DNA from: Ginglymostoma cirratum
Lineage: Eukaryota
Assembly (NCBI GenBank): GCA_024137785.1
Contig: JAHRHZ010000063.1
Location: forward strand, 55,029,647-55,093,646
Direction of reading: 5' to 3'
Length of the DNA: 64,000 bases
Shown: positions 1-12,699 of the stretch, piece by piece
Numbering within the stretch: the stretch's first letter is position 1
Layout of the letters: each line of letters opens with the position of its first letter
The notes under the pieces: generated by a model
The model's database searches: none
What the model saw: the letters and a program-made list of their open reading frames with translations, nothing else
Told to the model about the DNA's origin: nothing
Program-made: the position numbers and the translations under genes

Positions 1-1269
1 ACTCTCCTTCCTGCATTATCAACCCTGTTGCCTTTCCCAGTTCCCTTTCCCTTTAGTTTCTGCAGACGGACCTGATGGAAAGATCCATGGCCCACTGCTT
101 GAGTGATCTAACTGGACAGCCCTGGTTGAGAAGCGCCCAGACCCCTGAAAAATGGCTACACATAGCGCTGACCATGCTAGCATTGTGCCCCAGACTGACT
201 GATTGATTGACTTCTTGTCACGCGTACCTAAATACAGTGGAAAATTTTGTTTACGAGAGGCACAGGCAGATCACAGCAAGCAAAGGACGTACAGATCAAA
301 AATGCTATGGACAACTATGGAGCCACAGGACTTACTCTGATGCACTGCCTAGACTGTGGGGACACAGACCACTTAACTGAAAACGCCACAACTGCACAGT
401 TGAGCTTGGGCCAATCCCTTGAACTGGTGTCAGAGGTCACCCTTGACGCACCGTTCCGGGACCCCTGGCTGACTAGTATCACCATGGACCTTGGCAGAAA
501 TGACTCCCTTCATACTTTGAGACATGGCTGCCTGCTTGCTGCACATGCAGTGGCTTTGCTGTGTAGGCCGCAGCCACATGGAGTGGTTGTGAGATTGACA
601 TGGCACACTGCCATATGTCCACTTGACTGAGGACTGCCAATTGGTACGGCTTAGCATGGAAAGCCAAAGTGTTGCAGGGATGCATCTAGGTGAGCAACCG
701 ATAAGAGAGCAAGCGAGTTGTGCTGAAATTCAGTCCGGTCTAGTCCGTGAGCTGGGTGTCTAGCTCCTTGCAGCAGCCTTTCAATGCTCAGTAGTGGTGC
801 ACCCTCCAAATGATGGTCTGCAAGTGCTCTGAGAAGTGCCAGGAGGATCATGAGCTGAATGTCAGATGGCAAAATCTGTGAACGAGGGGCTGGTACAACT
901 GGTAACCATGCATCATACCCTGAGATACTGTTTGGTGCTGAACAACACGGAGCTGGGTCACAGCTGAGGTCGCCAGGCACCTACACTGACTTCCATGTCG
1001 AGAAGTCTCTACGTCCAGCTTTCTTGGCACATTTGGCAAGATGGGGAGTTTAACGTTAATGGGACCATTTGTGGTGGTAATAAGGTATTTAACAAGCTGT
1101 ATTGACCCTTCATTGGCAACTTGACACTGCCTAGCGACGAGAAACTCACCTCATCGCTTGGCCAAAGCATGTAAGATGCAATGAGTTGCTCCGGATATCC
1201 AGATAGGCCTCATCATGTTTCTGTCACAAATCTTGCTATCCGTCATGTTCCCCAGGCCTCCATAACTTT

Positions 1270-1500
1270 TCATTGAATAATTTATTGTCACGTGTATTCA
1301 ATGTAAAAACACAATGAAAAGTGTCGCTGTACATACATGGCGCCATTCACATTAACTTAGGATAAGAAGAAAGAAGATTACATAAGAAGAGTCCAAGTTT
1401 CCTTTCCACTGCCACAGTCCCACTCAGGACTTTCCAGCCCTTGCCAACGCCAATGCCAGCGTGCCCCTCTAGACTGCCTCACCAGCTTGCTTTACAGAAT
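1270..1500 (-). mobile_element. Short non-autonomous retroelement fragment with Rex1-like 3' tail
   Basis: Reverse strand reads ...atggcgcc...cttttcattgtg...acacgtgacaataaa, resembling the tails at 7080-7150 and 33500-33590. Confidence 0.45.
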
Positions 1501-2150
1501 CTAAGCTAACGAGAAAAATGCTAAACTGAATTGATAAGATAGCTGAGAAGTCAGAATTCAAAAAAGTTTCCATGGAAAAGGAAGATTTTATGCCAAGGGG
1601 ATATACTTTGCACTAATTTTAAGCCAACAATTTAACTATGTGCCTGTGGAAAAAGTACATGTAAATTCACACTGGGACATGAATGACTGTATGTACCCAT
1701 ACACACTCTCAAATCTATAGATTTCACTGTTAATCCCAGTTAGTTTTAAATATGCTTCAATCGCATATTTAATTGATACTGTTTTCTTTATGCTTTAGCT
1801 TTACTATTTGTGTTTCCAGTTGCTGTGTTGGTTAAATCGGGTGCCTGTTTTGACCTGTGTGCTGATATATTAGCTTTATCTTTGCTGATAGTAGGGATAA
1901 TTTGTCTGCCAGGACAAAGGTTGATTATGAATTGAATGTATCAATATAAGGAGCATTGGTGGTTAGAATTAATCACAGAATCCTGAGACAGCTGGGAGTA
2001 CTCAAAAATCATTTACATTAAAGCTAAACAAAAATTTCCCTTTCAAGCCATCACAGCTTTTAGTAAAGGTGATAAATAGTTGAGACTATTTGATGTAACT
2101 AATGGATGGCAGCTTTTCTGCTCCTACCATCATCTTTCATTCTCCACTCT

Positions 2151-2300
2151 CACATTATTCCTTCCCTCCATCACATTCCCACTCCCTTAATCGTATTCCC
2201 CCTCCCTCCGTCGTATTCCCCCTTGCACCATTGTATTCCCCCTCCCTCCATCGTATTCCCCCTCCCTCCATCATATTCCCCTTCCCTCCATTGTATTCCC
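2151..2300. repeat. 20-bp minisatellite (tcgtattccccctccctcca)n, about 7-8 copies
   Basis: Directly visible tandem units; explains the Pro-rich ORFs at 2102-2380. Confidence 0.9.
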
Positions 2301-2369
2301 ATCCTTGCCCTGCAACCAGCCCTCTCAGGCTTTCCCTCCCACACCCCTCTCTGACCCAGCCTTCCTTCC

Positions 2370-2713
2370 GTTGACTCCATCTACACTTCCCACTGCCTCA
2401 GAAAACAGCCAATATAATTAAAGACTCCTCCCAACCGGGTTTTACTCTCTTCCATCCAGACAATACAAAACTTTGAAAACACGTACTAACAGACTGAAGA
2501 ACAGCTACTTCCCCACTGTTATCAGACTTATGGACAGACCTCTCATATATTAGAGTTGATCTTTCTCTGCATCTTCTCTGTAGCTATAACAGTATATTCT
2601 GCATTCTTTTCTCGCACCCTGATGTAATTAAGTAAGTACGATTTGTCTGGATAGCACACAATACAATACGTTTCACTGTATCTCGGTACATATGACAATA
2701 ATAAATAAAATCA
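2370..2713 (+). mobile_element. Rex1/Babar LINE 3' fragment
   Basis: Similar to 10340-10650; ends ...tttcactgtatctcggtacatatgacaataataaataaaatcaa. Confidence 0.8.
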
Positions 2714-2872
2714 ACCTCCTCCATCCACGCCCAAGCATTCTCTTCTTTATAACTTTCAATTTTATCTCTGGTGTCCCCTTCCTTAGGCTTTACCTCCCAC
2801 TATCTCATTGATTTCTACATTTTCATTTTACAACCAATTGCAACATAGGTGATCCAATGATTAACCTGAATA

Positions 2873-3218
2873 CATAGAATCCCTACAGGCCATTCGACCC
2901 ATCGTGTCCACACCAACCCTTCAAACAGCACCTCATCCAGACCCACTCCCCTATCCTCTCCCTGTAAGCCTGCATTTCCCATGGCTAATCCACCTAAGCT
3001 GCATATCCCTGGACACTATGGACAAATTGGCATGGCCAATCCACGTAACCTGCACATCTTTGGACTGTGGGAGGAAACTGGAGCATCGAAAGGAAACCCA
3101 CTCAGACACGGGGAGAGTGTGCAAACTCCACACAGAGAGTTGCCCAAGGCTGTAATCGAACCCCAGTTCCCTGGCACTGTGAGGCAGCAGTGCCAACCAC
3201 TGAGCCACTGTACCACCC
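2873..3218 (-). mobile_element. HE1-type V-SINE (tRNA-derived)
   Basis: Reverse strand: gtggctcagtggttggcactgctgcctcacag head, V-domain tgtgtggagtttgcac...ggtttcc, tail gtagggattctatg. Confidence 0.85.
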
Positions 3219-3303
3219 TATTGAAGCACCACTACAAATGAATGTGATTTTCTGATATCAGACTTGTTCACCAAGCTGGAAGCAATAACAAGAAAGTTGC
3301 TGA

Positions 3304-5365
3304 GATAACAAGGTGCAGAGCTGGATGAACACAGCAGGCCAAGCAGCATCATAGGAGCAGGAAAGCTTGATGTTTCGGGCCTAGACCCTGCATCAGAAAT
3401 GGGGGAGGGGAAGAGGGTTCTGAAATAAATAGGGAGAGGGGGAGGCGGATAGAAGATGGATAGAGGAGAGGATAGGTGGAGAGGAGGCAGACAAGTCAAA
3501 CAGGCGGGGATGGAGCCAGTAAAGGTGAGTGTAGGTGGGGAGGTAGGGAGGAGATAGGTCAGTCCAGGGAGGATAGACAGGTCAAGGGGGCGGGATGAGG
3601 TTAGTAGATAGGAGATGGGGGTGCGGCTTGAGCTGGGAGGAGGGGATAGGTGAGAGGAAGAACAGGTTAGGGAGGCGGGGATGAGCTGGGCTGGTTTTGG
3701 GATGTGGTAGAGGGAGGGGAGATTTTGAAGCTTGTGAAATCCACATTGATACCATTGGGCTGCAGGGTTCCCAGGCTGAATATGATTTGCTGTTCCTGCA
3801 GCCTTCGGATGGCATCATTGTGGCATTGCAGGAGGCCCAGGATGGACATGTCGTCTGAGGAATGGGAGAGGGAGTTGAAATGGTTCGCAACTAGGAGGTG
3901 CAATTGTTTATTGCGAACCGAGCGCAGGTGTTCTGCAAAGCAGTCCCCAAGCCTCTGGTTGGTTTCCCCAATGTAGAACAGGCCACAACTGGTACAGCGG
4001 ATGCAGTATACCACATTGGCAGATGTGCAGATGAACATCTGCTTGATGTGGAAAGTCTTCTTGGGGCCTGGGATTGGGGTGAGGGAGGAGGTGTGGGGGC
4101 AGGTGTAGCACCTCCTGCGGTTGCAGGGAAAAGTGCCGGGTGTGGTGGGGCTGGAGGGGAGAGTGGAGCGGACAAGGGAGTCACGGAGAGAGTGGTCCCT
4201 CCGGAAAGCAGACAAGGGTGGGGAGGGAACAATGTCTTTGGTGGTGGGGTCGGATTGTAGATGGCAGAAGTATCGGAGGATGATGCATAGGATCCGGAGG
4301 TTGGTGGGGTGGTACCTGAGGACGAGGGGGATTCTTTTTTGGTTGTTATTGCAGGGACGGGATGTGAGGGATGAGTTGCGGGAGACACGGTCGAGGGCGT
4401 TCTCGACCACTGCGGGGGGCAAGTTGCAGTCTTTGAAGAATGAGGACATCTGAGATGTACGGGAGTGGAATGCCTCATCCTGGGATCAGATGCGGCAGAG
4501 GCGAAGGAATTGGGAATAGGGGATGGCATTTTTGCAGGAAGGTGGGTGGGAGGAGGTGTACTCTAGGTAGCCGTGGGAGTCGGTTGGCTTGAAATGGATA
4601 TTGGTTTCTAGGTGATTACCCGAGATGGAGACAGAGAGGTCCAGGAAGGAGAGACAGGTCTTAGAGATGGTCCAGGTGAACTTAAGGTTGGGGTGGAAGG
4701 TGTTGGTGAAGTGGATGAACTGTTCGAGCTCCTCATGGGAGCACAAGGCGGCGCCAATACAGTCATCAATGTAACGGAGGAAGAGGTGGGGTTAAGGGCC
4801 AGTGTAGGTACGGGAGAGGGATTATTCCACGTAACCTACAAAGAGGCAGGCATAGCTTGGGCCCATGTGGCTACCCATGGCCACCCCCTTTGTCTGTAGG
4901 AAGGGGGAGGAATTGAAAGAGAAGTTGTTGAGGGTGAGGACGAGTTCGGCTAAGTGGATGAGGGTGCCAGTGGAGAGGGATTGGTCAGGTCTGCGGGACA
5001 GGAAGAAGCGGAGGGCCTTTAGGCCATCTGCATGGAGAATACAGGTGTAGAGGGACTGGACGTCCATAGTAAAAATGAGGTGTTGGGGACTGGGGAATTG
5101 GAAGTTCTGGAGGAGGTGGAGGGGGTGGGTGGTGTCAGGGTGGTGGTGGACATAGTTAGGGAGTTCCTGGACCAAGGGGGTGAAAATGGAGTCAAGGTAG
5201 GTGGAGATGAGTTCGGTGGGGCAGGAGCAGGCGGAGACAACGGGTCAACCAGGGCATTCAGCTTTGTGGATTTTGGGAAGGAGATAGAAGCGGGCTGTGC
5301 GGGTTTGGGGAACGATGAGGTTGGAGGCGGTGGGTGGGAGGTCACCTGAGGTGATGAGGCTACTA
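3304..5365 (-). mobile_element. Penelope-like element (Neptune-type), 5'-truncated, RT + GIY-YIG, frameshifted
   Basis: ORFs 4822-5175 (GVAMGSHMGPSYACLF), 4486-4746 (FLDL) and 3667-4449 (CNRRRCYTC linker; VVYCIRC..C..YIGET GIY-YIG); flanked by a 17-bp direct repeat with 2 mismatches (3287-3303, 5366-5382). Confidence 0.92.
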
Positions 5366-5444
5366 AACAAGTGAGTTGCTGATGCTTGACGCAATATAGA
5401 GTTTTTTCTCAAAAGCCACACTGCGCACTGACCCTGGTTCCAAT

Positions 5445-5800
5445 GGCTGCACTCGATACAGATCAAAGGCCACACTGGGTACTGAATGAAGGTTCAAAGG
5501 CTGCACAAGATACAGAAGGATGGCTTGTGGACTACATCGGATACAGACCAAACATTTGTGCAATGCACTGGGTACAGGATGAGGGCGCGAGGGTTGCATT
5601 GATGCAGAGGAAGGGCTCAAGGGCTATGCTGGGAATCAAGTGAGGACTTGTGGACCGAGCTGAATACAAAGTGAATAATTGTGGGCTGCACAGGGTGCCC
5701 AGTGACGTTCAAATGCTGCACTGGATACAGAGCAAAGTCTTGAAGACTGCAGTGGATATAGAGAGGAATAAATGAATGCACTGACTCAGAGCACTCAATG
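5445..5800. repeat. Degenerate minisatellite, period about 31 bp (core ctgcactggatacaga)
   Basis: Core recurs about every 30-31 bp, roughly 12 times. Confidence 0.7.
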
Positions 5801-6739
5801 TTTGGGCTGGTTCCGCAGTGAAGTGAACCATTCAGCAGCTTATTCTCACCTTGTTGAGATGCTTTGCTTTTCTTGATTAATAGGCGATTATTGGTGGGTG
5901 ATTAATGGCTAAACAATGGGTCAAAGGCGAACTTGTATCAGTGAAACATTGGACTTTTTTCACATAGTTATTTGGAAGGGAAAACATAAACTTGCTTTCA
6001 CCAACAATTCAGTCCCATATCAAACTAATGGCAAAGGGCACATATGGAATGTTCTAATGTTCTATGTGTGAAGTGTATTTGACTTACTGGAAACAATGCT
6101 GATAAATGCTGAAATACTCTCCTCCCTTACTCCTGCCTATTGTAGTAAGAACTATCAGCCCTTATCAGGCATGACCAGATGGAAAATGTCACTGAAGTCA
6201 GGCTAATTACAATCACAGTGCTTATTAAAAGGATGATTCAGTGACGAGAAGAGCTATTGCTTGTGATGTTTATTTGTGGTACTCTGAAAGGGTGCGAAGT
6301 ATTTTAGGAATTTCCCATGTGGAAGCATTACTGGACACGTTGATATTCACAACATTAACTTGGCACTGGCTCATATTGAGTGAGTGACCTTTAAAGAGAA
6401 CAGCCATCTGGATTTATTTTCTTGGCTTTTTCAATTCCAGCATCTTCAAGCTCCTACAACTACCTTTCACAATGTTCTACTAAGCCTTTCTGGCTAATCA
6501 ATGTTAATTTAATGGGGAGGGAAGCTCAGTTATCAGGAGAAAGGATTTAGGTCACTCCTGTGACATGTAGTGGTGGGATAGCTCTTCATCTGGTATTCCA
6601 CGGAAAGCATGCTAAGAGCACACCTCGGACTTTGGTGGGCATCTGGGCAAAGGCGATAAAGACAAAATAAAGAACTTGTATTTAAGAAGTTCAGAATTCT
6701 CACATAACAGCGACAAAGTACATTTTAAGCTATTGTATG

Positions 6740-7152
6740 GGGACGCAATGGACTAGGAGCAGCACGTGGACAGCGAGTCCCAGGTGGAGACTGGCGCACG
6801 GGACACAGCCCTGGAATTTACCTTGGAGCAGCTGAGTGCTGGTACAGAGCGGACTGGAGTCTTGGAGTGGAGTGGGGACGGCTGTTAGACTCGGGTCTGG
6901 CGCAGTCTACTGCGCTGAGCTACTACAATATAATGTTTATTTGATTTTTTTAAAACTTGGCTATAAAGGCGATCCCTTAACAATGTCAGATTTCAAACTT
7001 ATTTTTTAAAACTCCGTAAGGTAATGCAACTACTTTTTATTCCCCTTTTCTATCCAAGATTTTTACCTAGGTACTTGTACCTAAGATGGCACCATAAGAG
7101 GCAGATGTTGTAAAAGCTTTTCACTATATTTCTATCACATGATGATAAAGGA
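6740..7152 (+). mobile_element. Non-autonomous retroelement with GC-rich head and Rex1-like tail
   Basis: Shares ttttacctag...cttgtacc...ttttcact blocks with 33090-33590. Confidence 0.5.
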
Positions 7153-7159
7153 TATACTA

Positions 7160-7385
7160 TTCTGGTGGTGTTATCATTGGGTTGTTAATCCAGAGACATA
7201 GGTAATGTTCTAGGCACCTGGGTTCAAATCCCACCAATGACAGATGGAAGGAAACTGCCATTCTAACCTGGTCTGGACTGCATAAGACTCCAGACACACA
7301 GCAATGTGGTTGACTTTTAACAATTAGGAATGGGCATAAATGCTGACCTAGCAATGAAACAGTCGTCCAGTGAATAAATAAATAA
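7160..7385 (+). mobile_element. tRNA-derived SINE with CR1-group LINE tail (degraded)
   Basis: B-box-like gggttcaaatccc; tail aattaggaatgggcataaatgctgacctagc. Confidence 0.7.
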
Positions 7386-7391
7386 TAAAAA

Positions 7392-8015
7392 GGACAGCAC
7401 AGTGGCTCAGTGATCAGCACTGCTGCCTCACAGCGCCAGGGACCTGAGCTCAGTTCTACCCTCGGGCGACTCTCCTTGTGGAGTTTGCACATTCTCTCTG
7501 TGTCTTTCCGGTTTCCTCCCACAGGCCAAAGATGTGCAGGTTAGGTGAATGGCCCATATTCCATATAATCCATAGAACGCTGTCAGTGTGGCGTTCAACA
7601 AATCCACACCGACCCTCAGAACATCCCACCCAGACCCATTCCCCAAACCCACCTAATCTATACATCCCTGAACACTACGGGCAATTTAGCATGGCCAATC
7701 CACCTAGCCTGCTCATCTTTGGACTGTGGGATAAAATCAGAGCACCTGGAGGAAACCCACGCAGACACGAGGAGAATGTGCAAACTTCACGCACTCACCC
7801 GAGGGGGGAATCAAACCCAGGCCGCTGGCACTGTGAGGCAGCAGTGCTAACCACTGAGCCACCATGCCACCCATGTTGCCCTGGGATGTGCAGGTTACAT
7901 GGGTTAGCCAATGAGGAATGCAGGGTTACAGGGATTGGGTGGGGTGGGTTGTCTCTGGAGGGTCAGTGTGACTCACTGGGCTGAATAGCCCTGCTTCCAC
8001 ACTGTTGGGATTTTT
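7392..8015 (+). mobile_element. HE1 SINE (+) split by a second HE1 inserted antisense (about 7570-7872)
   Basis: Head and V-domain 7392-7557, reverse HE1 7570-7872, remaining tail 7873-8015. Confidence 0.8.
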
Positions 8016-8359
8016 AATGTTGGAACTGGAATATTCCACTCGGATTTCACATGATGAACTATCTGCTAGCTCTGCTGTCGAGAGGAAAATTGCAAAGTCA
8101 CTCCTTTATTATGCACTCTAGACTTATTAATCTGGAATTTAGATAGCCAGAAGTGTTTGAGTGTGAATGTCAGGGAGTACCACAATCTGGTCAACTGTAT
8201 TATCCCCCTGGTTGAATAGCCTTCCTACAATCAATGGGACAAATGGCCAGTTGGGTGAGGGCTGTTGACAACATTAAAGCTGCACTCAACACTTTTAAGA
8301 GACCAGATGAAAGAAATGAAAAGAAAATTAGTTCAAAGGCTAAAAATGATTAAATACCA

Positions 8360-8452
8360 TTCTGAGGAATGGTCACTGGACCTGAAACATTAACTCTGAT
8401 TTTTCTTCACAGATGCTGCCAAACCTGCTGAGCTTTTCCAGTAACTTCTGTC
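8360..8452 (+). mobile_element. Penelope-like 3' end with degenerate hammerhead motif
   Basis: ctgaggaatggtcactggacctgaaacatta...cagatgctgccaaacctgctgagc. Confidence 0.6.
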
Positions 8453-8468
8453 TGTGTCATCAAAATAC

Positions 8469-8538
8469 CTTTGTTTGCTCTTCAACAATGTCAGGATAGA
8501 TTGAATTCCACTCCATTATTTCATTAGGAATGTTAATA
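8469..8538 (-). CDS. Candidate coding exon (INIPNEIMEWNSIYPDIVEEQTK), gene unidentified
   Basis: ttttaacag acceptor, AAG|gtattt donor, 70 nt, open frame in non-repeat DNA. Confidence 0.3.
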
Positions 8539-9079
8539 CTGTTAAAATATATTAGACTAAATAGTGGAAAGATGTTTTTGAACGGAGGGCATTCAGTGCT
8601 GATACACCAAGATCCCTCCCAATTATTTTGGAACTGCAGTTTTATTTGCACAGATGCAGTTGCACAATTTATTTCACAAATTACCTCGAGCCAGGCCACC
8701 TTCTCCCATACTAATGTTTATAGTTAGATTGGGCTGTGAATATACATAGGGGTCCTCAAACTGGGTGTCTGAGCATGGGCTGACTGCACTGTTATTGGCA
8801 TAGCCATCACTATCTCACCTGAATTTGGTGGATACGTGTTGACTTTTTGTTAGAAAGCCCCACTTGGAGAAACAAGAGGGCAGTGTTCCCAAATAAACCA
8901 ACAGAAGTCCTCAATTTCAATGGGGTTTGTTTATCAATGTCCAGCAGGTTGAAGGCTAGGGCTAGTGAGGAATCAGATGATTCCAGACCAGATCACAGGT
9001 ACCCGAAGCCATTTGTCTGTGTTCTTCTGCAGACCCCACTCTGACCCATCTCCACTGACAGATGGGTGTCTCTTTTTCT

Positions 9080-9425
9080 TTATTCATTCACTGGATGAGG
9101 GCATTCGTTTATTGCCCACCCCTAATTGCCCAGAGGGCAGCTGAGATTCAACCACATTGCTATGGTTTTGGAGACACATGTAGGCCAGATCGGGTAAGGA
9201 TGGCAGTTTTCTTCCCTAAAGGACATGAGTGAAACAGATGGGCTTTTCCTGGCAATTAGCTAAGGTTTTGAGGTGATCATCAGATGCCTGATCCCAGTTT
9301 TTGTTTTATTAATTGAATTCAAATTCCACCATCTGCCACAGCAGGATTCAAATCTAGGTCTCCAGAACATTACCAGCCTCTGGATTAACAATCCAGTGAT
9401 AATACTACGAGGCCGTCATCTGCCC
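9080..9425 (-). mobile_element. tRNA-derived SINE with CR1-group tail
   Basis: Same family as 24633-24975 and 49353-49685. Confidence 0.75.
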
Positions 9426-10650
9426 TAGGCCATCTCTGTCGAATTTTGACTTCTTTACTAGCTTCAACCTCGGTACCATCTGCACCCACTCTCTCAGCTG
9501 ATCAACCAACTGTTCACCAGGGCTTCCTCTACCAACCTCTGCTGCTCAAGTGATGCCAGCAGCCTTATGCAACTCTCAAGACTCCTATCTCTCACTGTTG
9601 AGAAACACAAGACTCTCAGCACCAACAAATGCAAATGTAGAGCACCAAGTTGTATTCTCCCTCCCTAATATAAGTTGACCAGCACATCTATTGGCTTTGA
9701 TGGCTCCCTACTGCATGCAAGCCAGGTACACGCTGATGTGCCTCAGCGATAACATCTCCTCCACAATAATCCTCAACTCCAGTGCCTTACAAGGCTGCGT
9801 ACACAGCCCCTTATTATACTCCTTTTACGCTCAAGACTGGGTGGCTCAATTCTGCTCTAACTCCATTTACAAATTTGCTGATGATACTGCCGTCGTGGGT
9901 TGGATCTGAAACAACAATGAGACACAGTACAGGAAAGAGATAGACAAACAACTTAGTGGCATGGTGTAAAGACAACAATCTCTCCCTCAATGTCAGCAAA
10001 ACAAAGGAGCTGGTCATCGACTTCAGGAAGTGGAGTGAAGAACACGCTCCTGTCTGTATCATCGGAGGTGAAGGTTGTCGAGAGCTTCAACCTGCTAGGA
10101 CTAAATATCAGCAACGATCTGATCTGGTCCATCCACAACAACAGGCAGGAAAGCCTGATGCGTCTCTTTCCTCAGAAAGCTAAGGAAATTCAGCATGTGC
10201 ACAATGACTCTTACTGATTTTTATAGGTGCGCCATAGAAAGTATCCTATCCCGGATGCATCACAGCTTGGTATTGCAACTGCTCTGCCTAAGTCTGCAAG
10301 AAAATTTACAGAGAGTTGTGAACACAGCCCAGCGCATTATGCAAACCAGCCTCCCACCCACTGGCTGTGTTTACACTTCCTGCTGGTTTGGGAAAGCAGC
10401 CAACAAATCAAAGACCCCTCCCACTGTGGCTATACTGTCTTCCGCTATCTTCCGTTGGGCAGAAGGTACAAGAATTTGCAAACACATGCCAACAGATTTA
10501 AGAACAGCTTCTTCCCTGCTAATATCAAATCTCTCATAGATTAGAGTTGAACTTTCTCTGCATTTTCTATGTAGCTATAACAGTATATTTTGCATTCTGT
10601 TCTAATATCCTAATGTACTTATATTAGGTATGATTTGTCTGGTTAGCATT
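9404..10650 (+). repeat. Left arm of inverted duplication (partner 18210-19068)
   Basis: 9404-9569 is the reverse complement of 18903-19068, and 10370-10650 of 18210-18502; includes non-LINE flank. Confidence 0.9.
9730..10650 (+). mobile_element. Rex1/Babar LINE 3' part (RT C-terminus and 3' UTR); tail resumes at 17304-17370 after the ERV
   Basis: QGCVHSPLLYS, KFADDTAVVG and WCKDNNLSLNVSKTKELVIDFRK motifs; tail aacaatactttacactgtatttcggtacat follows the 3' LTR. Confidence 0.88.
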
Positions 10651-11063
10651 TGTAAGGGTCAATGGAAACCTACAAAGCAAGAAAAGGTTAAAGGGAATTT
10701 AATAAGATCAGAGTTACAGCATTTAACGGCTACTTACAGGGCAGTAATAGTAGTTTTGCATCATAGAAAGGGAACTGATTATATCAGTGCTTTGTTGAGA
10801 TAGATGCTAACTGTGTAAAAGATTTACAATAAGCTCAGCACTCTGTAAAAAAAAAGACACCTGTTGATGATATTAAGGAACTGATGACTGTAAGAATGTT
10901 GCGTACACGAGTATCTGTTACAATGTTGTATAAGGAGGCCATGTCTACCCCCCACAATAGCACAAGCTCGGAAAGACGTAACAACAAGTTCTCCGAATAA
11001 AGCCAACTGAAGGCTGTTTCACCTTCTCTCACTCTGGTTCACATTACAAGAAGAACCTCAACA
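10651..11063 (+). repeat. ERV 5' LTR
   Basis: About 85% identical to 16888-17303 by eye; TATAA at 10929 and AATAAA at 10996. Confidence 0.93.
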
Positions 11064-11066
11064 ACT

Positions 11067-11084
11067 TGGCGTAGTCGGCAGAAT
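11067..11084 (+). promoter_or_regulatory. Primer binding site complementary to tRNA-Ser(AGA-type)
   Basis: tggcgtagtcggcagaat vs the complement of the vertebrate tRNA-Ser 3' end TGGCGTAGTCGGCAGGAT (17/18), 3 nt after the LTR. Confidence 0.85.
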
Positions 11085-11329
11085 CACAGGAATGGATCTG
11101 CTTTCCACAGTCATCACTTCGCACTTCTGCGAGGTATGGACCGCTCTTTTCTAAAAGTCTGTGCGTGAAGGCCAGACCCCCTTTTTTTTTGGAAAGTTCT
11201 GTCCAACATGATCAGAAACAGAACGTGAATCTACTCCCAGTGAATTCTACTTAAAGAGAGATATCCCTGTCAGTAATTTGATAAAAAAATTATCTTTAAG
11301 AGTTCATAGCCGAGAGACATAAGAGAGAG

Positions 11330-12690
11330 GTTATAATGGCCGAGAAACTACCAACTACAGTAAAAGGTGGGCAGTATATTATCAGAGAGGGAACTTGCAC
11401 AAAAACTAAAAGAATATATTGAACAACAATTCTACTCCTCTTCAACCTGAAAGGAAATCTCAAAGAAATGTGGAACCTCCATGGGACAATGGTCTCTGGA
11501 TGATATAAAATGATTCCAGGGGAGAAACAACCCAATTCAGGCATAAAAAACAAATTCTTTGGTCCCCATGCAACATCTAAGACAAAGACAGGAAATCAAC
11601 TTTCAGTCAAACCTCTGCCCTATAATCACTCCCCAAGCAGACCCATTGCCTCTGTAGTTCCCATCTCAGAGTCTAACTCTGAAGAGCCACCAGCCCAGAT
11701 GCGAGCGGTCTGACACAAGCGGACTAAAGACCATAACAAAACTGGTATAGGTGCAGATGGTAAACCAATGGGCAAAACCTGATATGATTTCAGGAAATGG
11801 GCTTCTCCATGAACCTCCCAACCCCAAACTGGTCTAACGACTGTCTAAATAACTGTCACTACTGAAAAAGGGAGGACACAAGACCTGGTGAGAATTGGAG
11901 AAACTCAAAAACATTTCCTGTCTCCATCTGTTGGATGGTGTCCAAATTCTTACAGCCATGGTGGGCTCTGTTGCTGAAGCAAGACTGCTTCGAAATGTAA
12001 AGGACAGGCTGGGACAAAATGACCACGATTTGGATAAGAGATGGGAAGCCCTCTGTGATTGGCTACATGAATATAGTCCCCCTAAAACTGACTGGACAAA
12101 AATATCATCTTGCCAACAAAAAGGCTCTGAGGACGTGAGAGATTTTGCTCAAAGATTTATTGACACCTGGATTGAACATTCAAGATGGGCCCACAAAGAC
12201 GCCCCAGAGGAAGTAGTGGGGCAAGACCACCCTCCCCTCAAAATGGCCTTTGTAGCTGACTTGAAGCCTGAACTTGCCGAAATGCTTAAACTACAACATA
12301 GAGACTGGGAATATGAATCCAAACATGACTTAGCCTTCACTATTAATGAAGCCAGTCATTCGAAAAGGGAAATGCAATCCAAATTGCGTGTTATGCAAGC
12401 TGCAGCATCGTCCCCTGAGCCTGAGGGTAATTCTAATAAATGCCCCAGACGCTGTTTTAAATGCAGCTGTGATGGCCACTGGAGGAGGAATTGAGGATGG
12501 AAGGGAAGACCTCCAGAAGGGGGGTGCTCCTGCCCAAAACCCCTCTGGTTGGCATTCCCTGACGTTGAAGGGTCAGTTGACATTGCTGGAGCAACTTAAA
12601 GGCTGCCCCAGTGATCATCTGAAACAGCTGATGGATCTCACAAAAAACTGGAGTCTCGCCCCCGCCCGGGCCCCTCCGCGCGTAGCCTGA
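11330..12690 (+). pseudogene. gag: ERV gag remnant (start approximate)
   Basis: ORF 11895-12494: MHR-like CQQKGSEDVRDFAQRF and zinc knuckle CFKCSCDGHWRRN* with the last Cys replaced by a stop. Confidence 0.85.
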
Positions 12691-12699
12691 GAACGAAGT

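Noticed and set aside
247-1260. ORF cluster, possibly a DNA-transposon remnant
   Set aside because: No recognisable motif in any frame; cannot support a call
2102-2380. Pro/Ser-rich ORFs
   Set aside because: Translations of a 20-bp minisatellite
5445-5800. CRISPR-like array
   Set aside because: Vertebrate context, degenerate repeats, related linkers, no cas genes
5850-5908. Minus-strand exon candidate with strong AAG|gtgaga donor
   Set aside because: Stops in all three frames from the nearest acceptor
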